Shown here: positions 49,423 to 61,562 of the stretch, one piece after another
Numbering within the stretch: position 1 is the stretch's first letter
Layout of the letters: each line of letters opens with the position of its first letter
Origin: Marsupella aquatica
Lineage: Eukaryota; Plantae; Marchantiophyta
Assembly: GCA_973895155.1 (NCBI GenBank)
Contig: OZ316898.1
Coordinates: forward strand, 15,468,330-15,532,329
Reading direction: 5' to 3'
Length of the DNA: 64,000 bases
The notes under the pieces: generated by a model
Seen by the model: only the letters and a program-made list of their open reading frames with translations
Databases searched by the model: none
Told to the model about the DNA's origin: nothing
Translations under genes and position numbers: made by a program

Positions 49423-50427
49423 GTGGAACTTGAAGCACGAGGATCACCGCGGAGGTTTCAGGGGCAGAGAGAGGAGCAGGAGGAAGAGCACGTGACACCG
49501 ATACCATCACCGGTGCGGCGTGTGGTGGAGGAAGCAGTACTACTACCGGAGCTCACGGTAAAGAAGAAGATGGGGACTTTCAAGCTTGGGGGACCCAAGT
49601 ATGAAGTGACAAAGTATGATGGGCGCTCTGACTACTTGCTATGGGAGAAGCAAGTGAAGGGAGTGCTTTATGCGTCAGGGATGGGCCAACTGCTGAGCCC
49701 TCGTGAAGACGATGTTGATGAGAAACAATGGGACCGCATGCAGGAGCAGGGAGTGTGGTGTGTTACACTCTATCTCATGCCTCCCATCATCAAGCAGTTA
49801 GGTGCACATAAGGATTGCATGTCCTTGTTTGCGGAATTGCAGAGCAAGTATCACCGCAAGGAGTTGTCGAACCGGCTCTACACTTCCTACAAACTGATGA
49901 GTTTCAGGATGAAGGAATCTGGTACGAAGTTGCAAGACCATGTGGATGCTTTCAACGACATGGTCGTTGACTTGGAAAACCTTGGGGAGACTTTGAATGA
50001 TGAGACGAAGGCTCTGCAGCTTCTTAGTTCATTGCCTCCATCTTACCAGTCCCTATCACGAGTGTTGTTGCATCGTGATAGGGATACCATTTCATACAAT
50101 GACGTGGTAAGTTCTCTGCTTAGTGATGATCTTCAGCAGAAGATGCACATCACGTCATAGCCTTCATCATCTGGTGCTGCCCTCAATGTTAACCGTGGGA
50201 GGAGTATGCAGCGACCAACTGGGGACCGTAGAACCCAGTTTAGATCTAAATCCAGATCTAAGTCCAAGGGTAAATCCCCTCAGAGGAGGCAGGTGACATG
50301 TTGGAAGTGCAACCAAGTTGGACACTTCAAGCGAGACTGTAAGGGAAAGGCAGCGGAAACTTCATCGGCAAATGTGGCTAGGGCTGATGGAGAAGCTGAT
50401 TTACTCAATGATGAGTATGTTTTATGA
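49423..50427 (+). CDS. Copia-3 gag (in-frame TAG at 50158-50160; ends at TGA 50425-50427)
   Basis: KYEVTKYDG, LLSSLPPSY and zinc knuckle CWKCNQVGHFKRDC. Confidence 0.85.
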
Positions 50428-53400
50428 AGCCGGGGGTATGCCCTGTGCACGTCATCTAGGAGAGCAGATGATGTGTGGATTCTTGATTGTGCTTGCTCTT
50501 TTCATATTTGTTACATTCGTGAGTTTTTCAGTTCTTACTCTGTTTCAAACGGTTCAGTTCTGATGGGAAATGATCACTCCTGTCAAATTGAGGGAATTGG
50601 GTCTGTGAAGATTCAAATGTTTGATGGCGCTGTGCGCATAGTGTCCGGAGTCAGGTATGTACCTGGCATGCGTAAGAATCTGATTTCACTCGGTGTGTTG
50701 GATTCAAATGGTCATCAATGGAGCGTTATTGATGGTGAACTTCAAGTCAGGTCGAGAGAGACAGTGATTTTGAAGGGGAGTAGACAAAAGAATTTGTATG
50801 TGTTACAGGGCAATACTGTATGTGGAGAGGCCAATGTAACCAAGTCTCACGAGGAGATGACTCAACTGTGGCATTCACGGCTAGGCCACATGAGTGAGAA
50901 GGGTTTGGCTATCTTACGGAAGAATGGACTCATTTCTGATTTGCAATCTTGTAAATTAGAGTTTTGTGAGCATTGCATTCTTGGAAAGCAGCATCGTCGT
51001 GCTTTTGGTGTTGGAACTCATCGTTCCAAAGCGGTTCTTGAGTACATACATAGTGACGTGTGGGGTCCATCCCCGACTCCCTCACACTCTGGAAAGTTGT
51101 ACTATGTATCATTTATTGATGATTACTCAAGATTTGTGTGGATTTATTTCATGACGCATAAGTCTGATGTCTTGTCCATTTTTAAGAAGTGGAAGGCCCA
51201 GGTGGAGAATCAGACTGGAAACACGATCAAGTGTTTGGATACAAGGGTGAAGAGTCTGAGGTCAGACAACGGCGGGGAGTACACTTCAATGGAATTTGAA
51301 GAGTACTGTTCAGAACAGGGGATAACTCGCCATCTCACCACAATTTATACTCCGCAGCAGAATGGTGTCGCTGAGAGGCTCAATCGGACACTGTTGGAGC
51401 GGTCACGGAGTATGTTGAGCCAATCAGGTTTACCACAAGAATTTTGGGCAGAAGCTGTCAATACCGCAGCTTATTTGGTAAATCTTTCTCCTTCTAGTGC
51501 TATCAATTTCAAAACGCCGTTTGAGATGCGCTATAAGCGGCAAGCAGACTATCATGGCTTGGTAATTTTTGGAAGTGATGCATATGCTCTCACACCAAAG
51601 CAGAATAGGACCAAGTTGGATCCTACCTCCAGGAAATGTGTTTTTCTTGGGTACCAGAGTGGTGTGAAAGCCTATAGGCTATGGGATCCTATTGCCTGTA
51701 AGCTCGTTGTCAGTAGGGATGTTTCCTTCAATGAATCCAGATTATTGAAGGAGGGGGAGAATACTCAGGTCTCCCGTACTGACAAAGGAAAATCTCCTAT
51801 CCCGGATCTCGTTGAGGGGGAGATTGGTTATGAGATGCATGACCGGAGAGAAGGAGTTGCTCCAATTATGGAGCTGGTTCCTATGCCAGAGGAACCAGAG
51901 GAGTTTGTTGATGCTGGTGAGCAACAAGTGGATGCTGTTGAGCTTCAAATTGTACCAGCACACGCAGATCAACCGGAGTCATCGACTAGAAGAACATCTG
52001 GTCGCACTGTACACGCTCCATCAAGGTATGGACAGTGGGTTGATTCATCTCAACTGCAAGAGGATGATTTTACAGCTGATGATGAGGGTGATGCGTTAAT
52101 TTTGGAAGAAGGAGAACCTTCTTCATTTCATGAGGCAAGTGCTTCAAAAGAGAAGCAGAAGTGGACTGCAGCAATGCAAACGGAGATGCAGTCACTAAAG
52201 GACAACAAAACTTGGGAGCTTGTTAAGCTGCCTAAGGGTCAGCAAGTGGTGGACAACAAGTGGATTTACAAGCTGAAGGATAATTTCATAGGAGGTGGAT
52301 CGAAGGTCTACAAGGCTAGATTGGTAGCAAAGGGATTCACACAAGAGAAAGGTGTGGATTATAATGAGGTCTTCTCACCAGTTGCTAAGTACTCTACAAT
52401 ACGACTATTGTGTGTACTTGTTGTAATGTTTGGTCTGCTCCTAGATCAGATGGATGTTGTCACAGCTTTCCTCTATGGCACATTGGAAGAGGTGATCTTC
52501 ATGAGACAACCGCTAGGTTTTGTGAAGAGAGGACAGGAGGAATTGGTTTGCAGATTGCTGAAATCCTTGTATGGGTTGAAGCAGTCACCAAGACAGTGGA
52601 ACAAGCGGTTTGACGATTGGATTCGGTCACAAGGTTTTCACAGAAGTGTATTTGACCCTTGTGTGTATTTGAAACCGGTGAAGAATGTTGTCTTTGGGTT
52701 CATTGTTTTAGTACTTTATGTGGATGACATGCTAATTGCAGCCAAGGATAGGTCTGAGATTGTTAAGCTCAAGGCACTGCTTAGTGCAGAGTTTAAGATG
52801 AAGGACTTAGGGCCAGCTAAGAGGATTTTGGGTATGGAGATCACTAGGGACTTGGAGGCTGGCAAGCTATGGTTGACGCAGAGCAGTTATGCGAGGAAGG
52901 TAATTGCAAGGTTCAACATGGAGAATAGCAAGCCAGTAAGTACCCCGTTGGCTCCACACTTCAAGTTATCATCAGCGTTCTGTCCTACGGATGACACAGA
53001 GAAGGGGTTGATGTCAAAGGTTCCATATGACAAGGCAGTGGGGAGTCTCATGTATTTGATGACTTGCACTAGACCTGATCTTGCCATGACTATGGGCAAG
53101 GTGAGCAGGTACATGTCGAATCCAGGGAAGGTACACTGGGAAGCAGTGAAGTGGATTATCAGGTACTTGAAGGGTACCGTGGATCATGGTCTTTTATTTG
53201 ATGCGAATGCAAAGAATGCTAGATCATTGATTGGCTATGTAGATTCTGACTATGGACAAGATTTGGACCGAAGGAGATCAACAACAGGATACGTGTTCAC
53301 ACTTGGCGGTGGATGCATAAGTTGGAGGTCTACTTTGCAGAAGTGTATTGCTCAGTCTACTACAGAAGCGGAGTATGTTGCAGCTGCGGAAGCAGCAAAG

Positions 53401-53700
53401 GAAGCGATTTGGTTGGATAGACTTATCACTGAAATGGGATTGCCACAGGGGAATGTGAAGCTCCATTGTGATAGTCAAAGTGCGCTCCACCTTGCTGTGA
53501 ACCAGGTGATGGACAGTAGAGTGAAGCACATTGACGTCAGGTACCATTTTATCAGGCAGGCTGTGTCTGATAATTTGTTTGAGCTAGTCAAGATTGATGG
53601 TAAACTCAACCCGGCTGACGCATTTACCAAAGTGATTCCTTTGGAGAGTTTCTCTAGACACCGTGACGTATTGCAGGTTTTGCAATTGCATCACAAGTAG
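50428..53700 (+). CDS. Copia-3 pol (PR-IN-RT-RNase H), uninterrupted and in frame with gag
   Basis: 1075-aa ORF with WILDC, IHSDVWGP, LRSDNGGEY, YVDDML and KHIDVRYHF. Confidence 0.95.
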   Translation, partial: SRGYALCTSSRRADDVWILDCACSFHICYIREFFSSYSVSNGSVLMGNDHSCQIEGIGSVKIQMFDGAVRIVSGVRYVPGMRKNLISLGVLDSNGHQWSVIDGELQVRSRETVILKGSRQKNLYVLQGNTVCGEANVTKSHEEMTQLWHSRLGHMSEKGLAILRKNGLISDLQSCKLEFCEHCILGKQHRRAFGVGTHRSKAVLEYIHSDVWGPSPTPSHSGKLYYVSFIDDYSRFVWIYFMTHKSDVLSIFKKWKAQVENQTGNTIKCLDTRVKSLRSDNGGEYTSMEFEEYCSEQGITRHLTTIYTPQQNGVAERLNRTLLERSRSMLSQSGLPQEFWAEAVNTAAYLVNLSPSSAINFKTPFEMRYKRQADYHGLVIFGSDAYALTPKQNRTKLDPTSRKCVFLGYQSGVKAYRLWDPIACKLVVSRDVSFNESRLLKEGENTQVSRTDKGKSPIPDLVEGEIGYEMHDRREGVAPIMELVPMPEEPEEFVDAGEQQVDAVELQIVPAHADQPESSTRRTSGRTVHAPSRYGQWVDSSQLQEDDFTADDEGDALILEEGEPSSFHEASASKEKQKWTAAMQTEMQSLKDNKTWELVKLPKGQQVVDNKWIYKLKDNFIGGGSKVYKARLVAKGFTQEKGVDYNEVFSPVAKYSTIRLLCVLVVMFGLLLDQMDVVTAFLYGTLEEVIFMRQPLGFVKRGQEELVCRLLKSLYGLKQSPRQWNKRFDDWIRSQGFHRSVFDPCVYLKPVKNVVFGFIVLVLYVDDMLIAAKDRSEIVKLKALLSAEFKMKDLGPAKRILGMEITRDLEAGKLWLTQSSYARKVIARFNMENSKPVSTPLAPHFKLSSAFCPTDDTEKGLMSKVPYDKAVGSLMYLMTCTRPDLAMTMGKVSRYMSNPGKVHWEAVKWIIRYLKGTVDHGLLFDANAKNARSLIGYVDSDYGQDLDRRRSTTGYVFTLGGGCISWRSTLQKCIAQSTTEAEYVAAAEAAKEAIWLDRLITEMGLPQGNVKLHCDSQSALHLAVNQVMDSRVKHIDVRYHFIRQAVSDNLFELVKIDGKLNPADAFTKVIPLESFSRHRDVLQVLQLHHK

Positions 53701-56700
53701 AGTTTTCTTAAACATTCATTGTAATTACTGATATATGCTCTTCCTCATTCCTATGTATTAGGCTACGGCTTAGTTTTGGTTTGCTCTAGTTAGAGAGGGA
53801 AACCGGTTTGGTTTCTGTCCAGAACTTCCCGCTGAGGGATCATATACATTGGCAGTATTACTCTCCCCTAGACCAGAGTCAAGGGGAAGATTGTTGGGTA
53901 TTTACTCTTACGTCTAGGTTAGGTATGACGTGGTTGGTACAACAACGTGGGTTGGTACAACTACGTGGTTAGGTACAACTATGTGATTAGGTACAACTAT
54001 GTGGTTAGGTACAACTACGTGATTAGGTACAACTATGTGGTTAGGTACAACTACGTGATTAGGTACAACTATGTGGTTAGGTACAACTATGTGGTTAGGT
54101 ACAACTAAGTTGCACACTATATCATAAGAGGCATGTGTGCTTGGAGAGGTAGAACCAAGGCTCATTGTTATGGAGCCACTTGAGAGATAGGGAGAGCTTA
54201 CACTGTGGAGACTCGGTATAGCCGACGGGCTTAGAGTTCAGTAAAGTTCTCTTGTGTGTTCCCGTGGACGTAGCCTCAAGGAGGTGAACCACGTATCTCT
54301 TGTGTCGACTATTGTGCGTTGGATGGTTCATGGGCTTGCCGTTGCGATCGTCGTCTATGCTCAACACTAAGTTTGTCCTACGTTGGATGGGAGGAGCCTC
54401 GTGTTCAGCTTGGGCATTGTGCCAAAGCAATACAAAGGACCCATCATCGCATTGATTCAATGTGACCTTGGTCCTGTGCTTGTTGGCCATTGTTCGCGGA
54501 CTGCCATAAAGAAAGTAGATGTTAGTCAAAGTCAAGGAGTGGAATGACATAACAACAATTTGAGGTAAAAAAATTACCTCAAAGTATCACAACTCCTATG
54601 TTTGTTGCCAACTATCATCAATTGTTGTGAAGGTTTCATAAAAGGAACTGTCCAATAACGCCAATCTTTTTTGACATGTTGATTGCAAGCCATGACCAAC
54701 GTGACGATCCTGGTTCCATCTTCTTCCATTTGCAAGCACAAAACTCTGAAAAAGTAAACATTTCAACCAGAAGGTCACGATGATACTCTCTATAGTGGAA
54801 CTCAAGCTATAGTAGTACAATAAAGGGGGACCAGTTGATGTGGAGTAAGAATGGAATCACCCAACCCTTGGGTGAGAACCTGAAATGGTCGTGAGGGTAA
54901 GCACCGAGTAGCCTTCCTCCTCCTCTCCCTCGGCACGCAAACTATCCCGGCACGCAAACTATCCTTCCTCTTCCTGAAATAGTTGTGAGGGTAAGACCAA
55001 CTATCCTCCCTCCTCCTCTTCCCTCGGCCTCGGCGTCACGAATTGAGTTTGTACCTTTGAAAAAATATTTGGAGACAAGGTACAGTCAGAATTTTATCCA
55101 ACAACGAGGGCTCGATGTCCCAACAAATTTTGCTGTCGGTAGACACGATGATGTTGTCGACACTGCAGTTCAGCAGGCGCCGCAAGGAATCAAAAAGAAA
55201 TTGAATTCACATGTAGCTGATGACAGTCCCTGGTGACAACACCATGAGTGGAACTAGTTCCAATTCAACTAAAACGCAGCCGAATGTAGTGAACGATGCC
55301 AATCCGAGTAGCAAGATTGATTGATCCAAAGAAATTTGGAAGAAAAAGGTGGCGACAACTTTCGGGAAGCAACTGTGTATGAGTGGAAAAGCTCAAGGGA
55401 GGGCTGGGCAACGGCAACAACTTTCGAGAAGCACTGTGTATGAGTGCAAAAGCTCAGGGAAGGTCTGGTCAGCGACGCGCTACGTAATCACTCAAAAATG
55501 AGGGGAGAGATGGGCGTAAGCACTGGCTTCGTCAAGTGCTGTCGTCTGGACTACATTTTCACTCACACAGTTTCATGTGTCGGCCGAGCTCCCTGCTCTA
55601 CATCCAGGTCCACCTCCTACTCCTTCATACGTTCATAAGGACAGACACTTGTGAGAGCAAGAGACATTGCCCAAAATTCCCACGAAGGAGCTCCCTGCTC
55701 AGTGAAAATTTCCGCGCCGATGATTCTGTCCGTGCAGCCTCGTCTTGTTTTCAAGCAGTTGTAGAGGATCGGCAGAATTGGAAAGATTCAAGTCGGCATG
55801 AAATTCTCAGTCGAGCAGAGTTATCGAGAGGCTGGAGGTCGCCGGAGGAGAGCAGAGAATCCTGTCAAAGGGCGTCATTATGGAGAGGGCTCGAACTTAG
55901 AAGCGAATGCGCAGCCCGAAGGTTGTGAGATGACAAACGAGCTGTTTGACGTCATACCAAACTGGATGAATTGACGCACAGGCAGCAATTGATGCACTTG
56001 GATTACAACATTAGGTATTAATTTATGACGCGGTGCTCAGTGAAGCTCAACAAAAAGCTCTGGGAACGAACAATAGTCTAAATCTTGGTTTTAAACCCTT
56101 GGGAGGCTCTTGACCGGACTTGAACGTATCTTATGAGTGAATCATAAGATCATAGAAGCTGTTCCAGATACATCAACCAGGCAGGATGGGGTCTCGGAAT
56201 CCTAGAGTGATACGCCTATCCGAATCAGCTGGATGGCCAAGAGTCAAAGGAGGAGAAGAAGATGCAGTGTCGGTACTCGTGGTGCCAAATTGGAGTAGCT
56301 CATGTAGCTCATGGTCGATCGACTCACCTACTAATCGAAGGAAGGCAACATCTTCTCTAGGATCGAGTAGCTCATCGTCGACTGCTTATGGAATTGTGTA
56401 GAAACGAAGGTCCCAGATTTTCTGGGTGACAGGCAACGCGAGGAATGATGACTGAACTTTTGATTGTAAGTTGCAGCTATGGAGATTCTACAGTACTGAT
56501 GTGCAACGAAGAACACCACAGCCCAGCGTGAGCGTTGGAGGCAGCGTTGGAGAGGAATGAGGATCACTTGCCGGGTTGGAGAGGATTGCGGATCACTTGC
56601 CGGGCCGCGGAGCTATTCACCCGGGATCACTATACATCCGGGCAGCAAACAATGATGAGCCGGGCAGACCACGGGCCCTTTTATACTGGCAGCTGTGGTT

Positions 56701-58594
56701 TAATGGATGGACTGTGGCGCTCAAGTCGACACTCGTAAGGGAGATCATTACCGTTAGAGATTGTAACTTGAAATGAAACGAAACTTGAAATGCTTCATGA
56801 AGATTATCTGGCTTCAATTGACTTGGGAAGGAAGATAATGTCTCCAGTGCTGAAATTGGCATGGGATTTGGACCTGATTTGATAACCCGCCGTAGCAGTT
56901 ATCTTGAAACAATCTGTCTTCCTGGAGCAGGACCTCGTAAAGAATCCTGGAATCAAATCTCACTTCCTTCAACTGAACTGTTGTAGGATTCTTCACAACT
57001 TTGTTTTCTGCACATCATGGAAAGGAAATATGCGATCCGAGATGCGATCACCATGTAATGACTTCAAGCCAAGGTTACGAAGAATGTGAAAATAGATTCT
57101 CGATCAGCCCAGTCATTGCAGGTTTGCTTGACTCGCTTTCTTTTCTTTTCCTGGAAATTCTCACTCAATGACTGTAATACGAACGTGCTTGCTGCTCTTA
57201 GTCTTTTCGAGGAAATATCTGCTATTAGAGCGGAGCCTTCCTATCACGGGTGCTGAGATGTCAATGCTCACTGACAGGGAAGAGAACGGGAGAATTCCAA
57301 TCGAACAGATTAGTATTCAGGACGGCCAGGCACAACACAAGTGCTACGAATTAGCATTATAAAGCGTTGTCCTTGACGTTACGAACGTACACTTCCGTAC
57401 TACAGAAGTCCAGACCTAAAACTCCAGATCTGAGAACGGCAGAAACCTCGAATGCTATTGAATGTCAATCGAGATAGACGATCTAGGCAGCCTGAATTCG
57501 AGTTTTTAAGGATTGTTTAATTGTGTTGTTGGAATGGTCCCGACCATATTACATTTAGCAATTCGAATTGTCATCGCTCCTCCAACGTTTTACTTTCTAA
57601 CAAGAGATTTCCCTTCCCCTTCTGCTGTCGTGAAGGAAAGAAACGCCTTATCTTCTCCCTCGCTGTTTTTGCCCGTCCGTCTAGTTCGTTTCGTTTGCCT
57701 GCCCATTCGTTTTTTGTTTTTTTCCGTCGTCGTCCGTCTTTCAGAGGTTTTCAATTGCATTTCATTTCAGTCCAAAGAAGCCGATCGTTCCTCGAGGACT
57801 AAAACCTGTCATTATCTAGCAATAAAGAAAGTCCAGATTATCGACACTCGCGAACGGCATAGACCAACGTCAGAGGAATTGCCCCATTACTACAAGTTTG
57901 TTGTGGACGGAATGCCCTAGTGATCGTTCTTATCACCAATGTGAATGGTCACAGCGGGAAAGTTTAGGGAAGTTGGGAATTTTTGCTGAAGAGAATTGAA
58001 GGTGGTCAATGTCAAACAGTGAGGTTTAAGATTCACGGTGGTGAAAGATATAACAAGCATAGAGAGTCGATATGGGTTTTTACATGATCATTTCGTTCCC
58101 TTTGAATTAGGCATCTCTTGCCTTTGCGTTGTCGGGGCACAGAAAATTGCATGTAATTGTCATCTCTACGCGTTCAGGATTTTTATTTTCTTACCGAACC
58201 CTCCTTGCACAAGGCAGGAAGGTTCGGTGAGAAAAGTGAGCCAAGGTGCAAAACTTCCGAAACAGCTACAGTAGCTTCCCGTTGATCGGTCAGCACTTTC
58301 TTGGAATGTGAACCTTTGAAGTCGTTCGAAGCAAAAAATGATCAGTCAGGAGGCAGGGGCGGATATCTCGTCTGTCAGCAGTGAAGTTAAGTTCTTCGAG
58401 ACATCTGGACCTGATGGATAATTATTATCTTCTTCTTCTACCATATAATACTTGATCCCGCCAGTTTACATGTGGTGCAACAATGTGATCTCTAAGGCAC
58501 CTGACCAGTAAAAGTATTTTTAAGGTTTTTGGATTTTAGCTAGTGTGTCTAATGTTAGCATCTCTAAGGGAGTAGATGCTAAGAATATTAATTA

Positions 58595-61562
58595 TCAGTT
58601 ATGCTAAGAATATTAATTACGGGTCCTGTTAGAGACTTCTGTAAATCTGAAAATTCTGTCAAAATTCCACATCATCCTGTAAATATCCAGCCATTAGATG
58701 GTTTGAATCCAACCATCTACATCCATTTTGTGTGTGAAAACTCGTGTGAAGGCTCGTGTGGCCTCTCAACTGAAAATGAATTTTCCTACCATTAGATGTT
58801 ATTAATCCAACCATCCAGATTCATGTTGTGTGTGAATACTCTTGTGATCTCTTAGCTCAAAAAGAACTTTTACATCATTAGATGTTTTGAATCCAATGAT
58901 CTATGTTGCTTTTGTGTGTGAAACCTCATGTGAAGAGTAATGTCGCTTCTTGACACAAACAACTCTATTAAACTAAACCTATCCATGCTTGGATGTTGAC
59001 ATAACTAGATTATGCCCTTTATAGTGCCTAAGGAATAAGAAGAACTTGGACAGTAGGTCGGCTTTGAAAAAAATCGGCTTTGAAAAAAATCAATATTTGA
59101 AAAATCTCCAGTTTGGGTATTAGGTATATTTTAAAAGACAATTTAATTACAATAAAATAAAATAAGCTTGGTAAGCAACATATAAAGCATTTTCTCAACC
59201 TCTTGAAGCCATACAAGTAAAATGGGAAAGAATATTATAAATATAAGTAGGGGTGAAAGATCATGAGGAAGGTGGGGTGAATAAGCGAGGGTTTGATCAT
59301 GGGAAACTTACATTGAACATTAATGCCTTGACTTGTAACCTTCCTAGATAATCTAATTTTGATTTTGAAGTTACAACTAGGGTCAACCAGTACACTAACC
59401 CTTGTAGATGTGTGCACCATAATGTCTTAACTTGTAGTTACCTTATATTGATTTTATAAGTTACAACTGGGGTCAAAGAGTACACCGACCCTTGCAGATG
59501 TGTGTACCAAAATGTCTTAACTTGTAACTTTATATCGATTTTGAAGTTACAAATGGGGTCAAACAATACACCAACCCTTGCAGATGTGTGTATCAGAATG
59601 CCTTAACTTGTAACCTTATATTGATTTTATAAGTTACAATTGGGGTCAAACAGTACACCGACCCTTGCAGATGTGTGTACCAGGATGCCTTAACTTGTAA
59701 CTTTATATTGAAATTACAACTGGGGTCAAACAATACACCGACCCTTGTGAATGTGTGTACCAGAATGCCTTAACTTGTAACCTTATATTGATTTTGAAGT
59801 TACAATTAGGGTCAAACATTACACCGACCTCTGCATATATGTGTACTATAGTTTATTGCATTAACTTGAATAATATGATATGGACCTTATAATTATAGTA
59901 CCTGATTGATAATAAACTTAAGTGAATAATTCTAGGTACAAAGAGCTAACTTCTCCATTTTTGGAATCCAACAAAGGGCAAATTTCACTTTCTTAATCTG
60001 TAATGCCCTAAGATAACCCTAACAATATGAAACAAGATTACAAAAGACTCATCTACCTACCAAGAGCATTGCTTTCCACAAATAAATTGCAAATTACAAT
60101 TACTTATAGTTTTGTTAAGATTGCATAAATCTATTGTGTTGATTCAAATAAAAGGTAAGTGTTGTGGCAAATAATTAATATACTAATATTTGCACATCCA
60201 TATATGATAATGCTACAAATTTTTAGCTAATCTGATAATTTATTTGAAAATAAACACTATTATGATAAATATTACATATGTGAAAATTAGATTTTAAAGT
60301 GTAGATAGATTTCATGCTTGATTTAGCTTTATGAATGAACAACTTTAGCAATCACATTTATTCAACGAGGAATAAAGAGAGAAACAAACCTCTATTTCAA
60401 GCTTAGATGATAGCTTGGGGTTGTTTCTTAGTGATGCCATAATTTGTCTACAAATTCACACAAAATTGTTCATGTCAATTGAATGGACAAAATATCAAGT
60501 CACTTCACAAATAACAAATAAACACAAATTCTAGTCATAAAAACATGCACTGATATAAACATTTACCTTTATGGTAGTCACCATGAGAAATCTTAAATAA
60601 ATATCTTGTATGCCACTTGAGTGTAGCTCTCCCTAGGCCTTATTCAAACATATTCCTTGAATACACACCAAAAAAGTCATAAGCATATTAATGTCAAAAC
60701 TCACTTGCACATTCAAGACTAATCAACTATTCTCAAAACATTAAATTATTCTATTATTATAAAATCTCTACAAAAATAAGGCTATGACTTTCTATTGATT
60801 AGTAAAACATACATTTAAAAAACAGGAATGAAATTAGTATGTTTCTTCTCTTATGAAGGTACCTGTTTATAAAGTTATTCTCTTCCCAACATGATCATTA
60901 TGATTCTACACTTATGGGTTTTTTTTTGTTGCCATTTGCCATTAAAATTGATGAGAATTTTGTTTTTGTCATTATTAGACAAATCATGATGAATAAATTA
61001 CACTTTCCAAACAAAAAGTATACTTGTCTCCCAAAAAACAATTAAAAAACCAATGCTATAAATAGTTTTTGAGTTTATGAATTTGTTTGTTAGTGATGCC
61101 AACTTTTATTATGCAAACTTCAAATACTTTTAAAAACATCTCATAATTTTATAGACAAGTCCAATGCATAATTATCCATTGCACAAAAACATTGCAAGAC
61201 AATTAAGTGCAGGTGATTGTCTAGCTCCTTGTCTCCAAGATAGTACATTGCTCACCCTTGTGATGAATAATTTGTCACTCGAACAAGCCAGGTGATTGTT
61301 GCAATGAGGAGTTGCATTGTGAATTACATAGAGAGGTGAAAAAAACATGAGAGAGATGGAGACAAACAAAGGATGACAATATTATGTAGCACGCTAAAAG
61401 CTCCTTCCAAATTCTTGGCACTGTATTTGGGCACATCATAGAGTTTTGGCAGACTTGATAACCAGGAAAGACCAGGAGAGAGAGTTAGTAGGGGAGTTAG
61501 TAAAACAAACAAATACAATATTACCACTATGTTAAAAAAATTGAGCTGGACCCACATACTAG
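58595..61562 (+). mobile_element. Non-autonomous Helitron-like insertion (about 3 kb)
   Basis: Interrupts one copy of a ~305-bp host duplication. Borders can be read as A|TC ... CTAG|T. Repeated CCATTAGATG...ATCCAACCATC motifs near the 5' end. No clear 3' hairpin. Confidence 0.5.
59330..59850. repeat. ~86-bp tandem repeat, about 6 copies
   Basis: TTACAA(C/A)TGGGGTCAAAC...ACCCTTGCAGATGTGTGTAC...CTTAACTTGTAAC repeated at 80-90 nt spacing. Confidence 0.9.

Larger units (their letters stand above)
48524..54366 (+). mobile_element. Young full-length Ty1/Copia element Copia-3
   Basis: 475-bp LTRs at 48524-48998 and 53892-54366 with no difference seen by eye. TSD CTAAG at 48519-48523 and 54367-54371. 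PBS at 49001-49012; PPT AAGGGGAAGA. Confidence 0.97.
48244..54490 (-). pseudogene. KolX-like paralogue A (132 aa when rejoined: 54490-54372 plus 48523-48244), split by Copia-3
   Basis: Removing Copia-3 and one TSD gives an uninterrupted frame MANKH...RRTNL|DEIRSDFPEFC...RKRYQVYTHLAWVCGYAERTKFPDAVEAVIKATWHDPHEEFVGFRPY*, resembling the KolX/P2X7-C-terminal signature. Confidence 0.8.
41107..56699 (+). mobile_element. Kolobok-type DNA transposon (about 9.7 kb without the nested Copia-3)
   Basis: Perfect 19-bp TIR ACCACAGCTGCCAGTATAA (22/23 when extended). TTAA at 41103-41106 and 56700-56703. Encodes a Kolobok-like DDE transposase and convergent KolX-like genes. Confidence 0.85.

Noticed and set aside
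54122-54550. 142-aa ORF as given in the track
   Set aside because: Only 54372-54490 is KolX-A; the rest is read-through into antisense LTR or upstream intron-like sequence.
56704-58450. Faint LRR-like peptides on the minus strand (SGPNPMPISALETL; NNYPSGPDVSKNLTSL)
   Set aside because: Too short and degenerate to support a pseudogene call.
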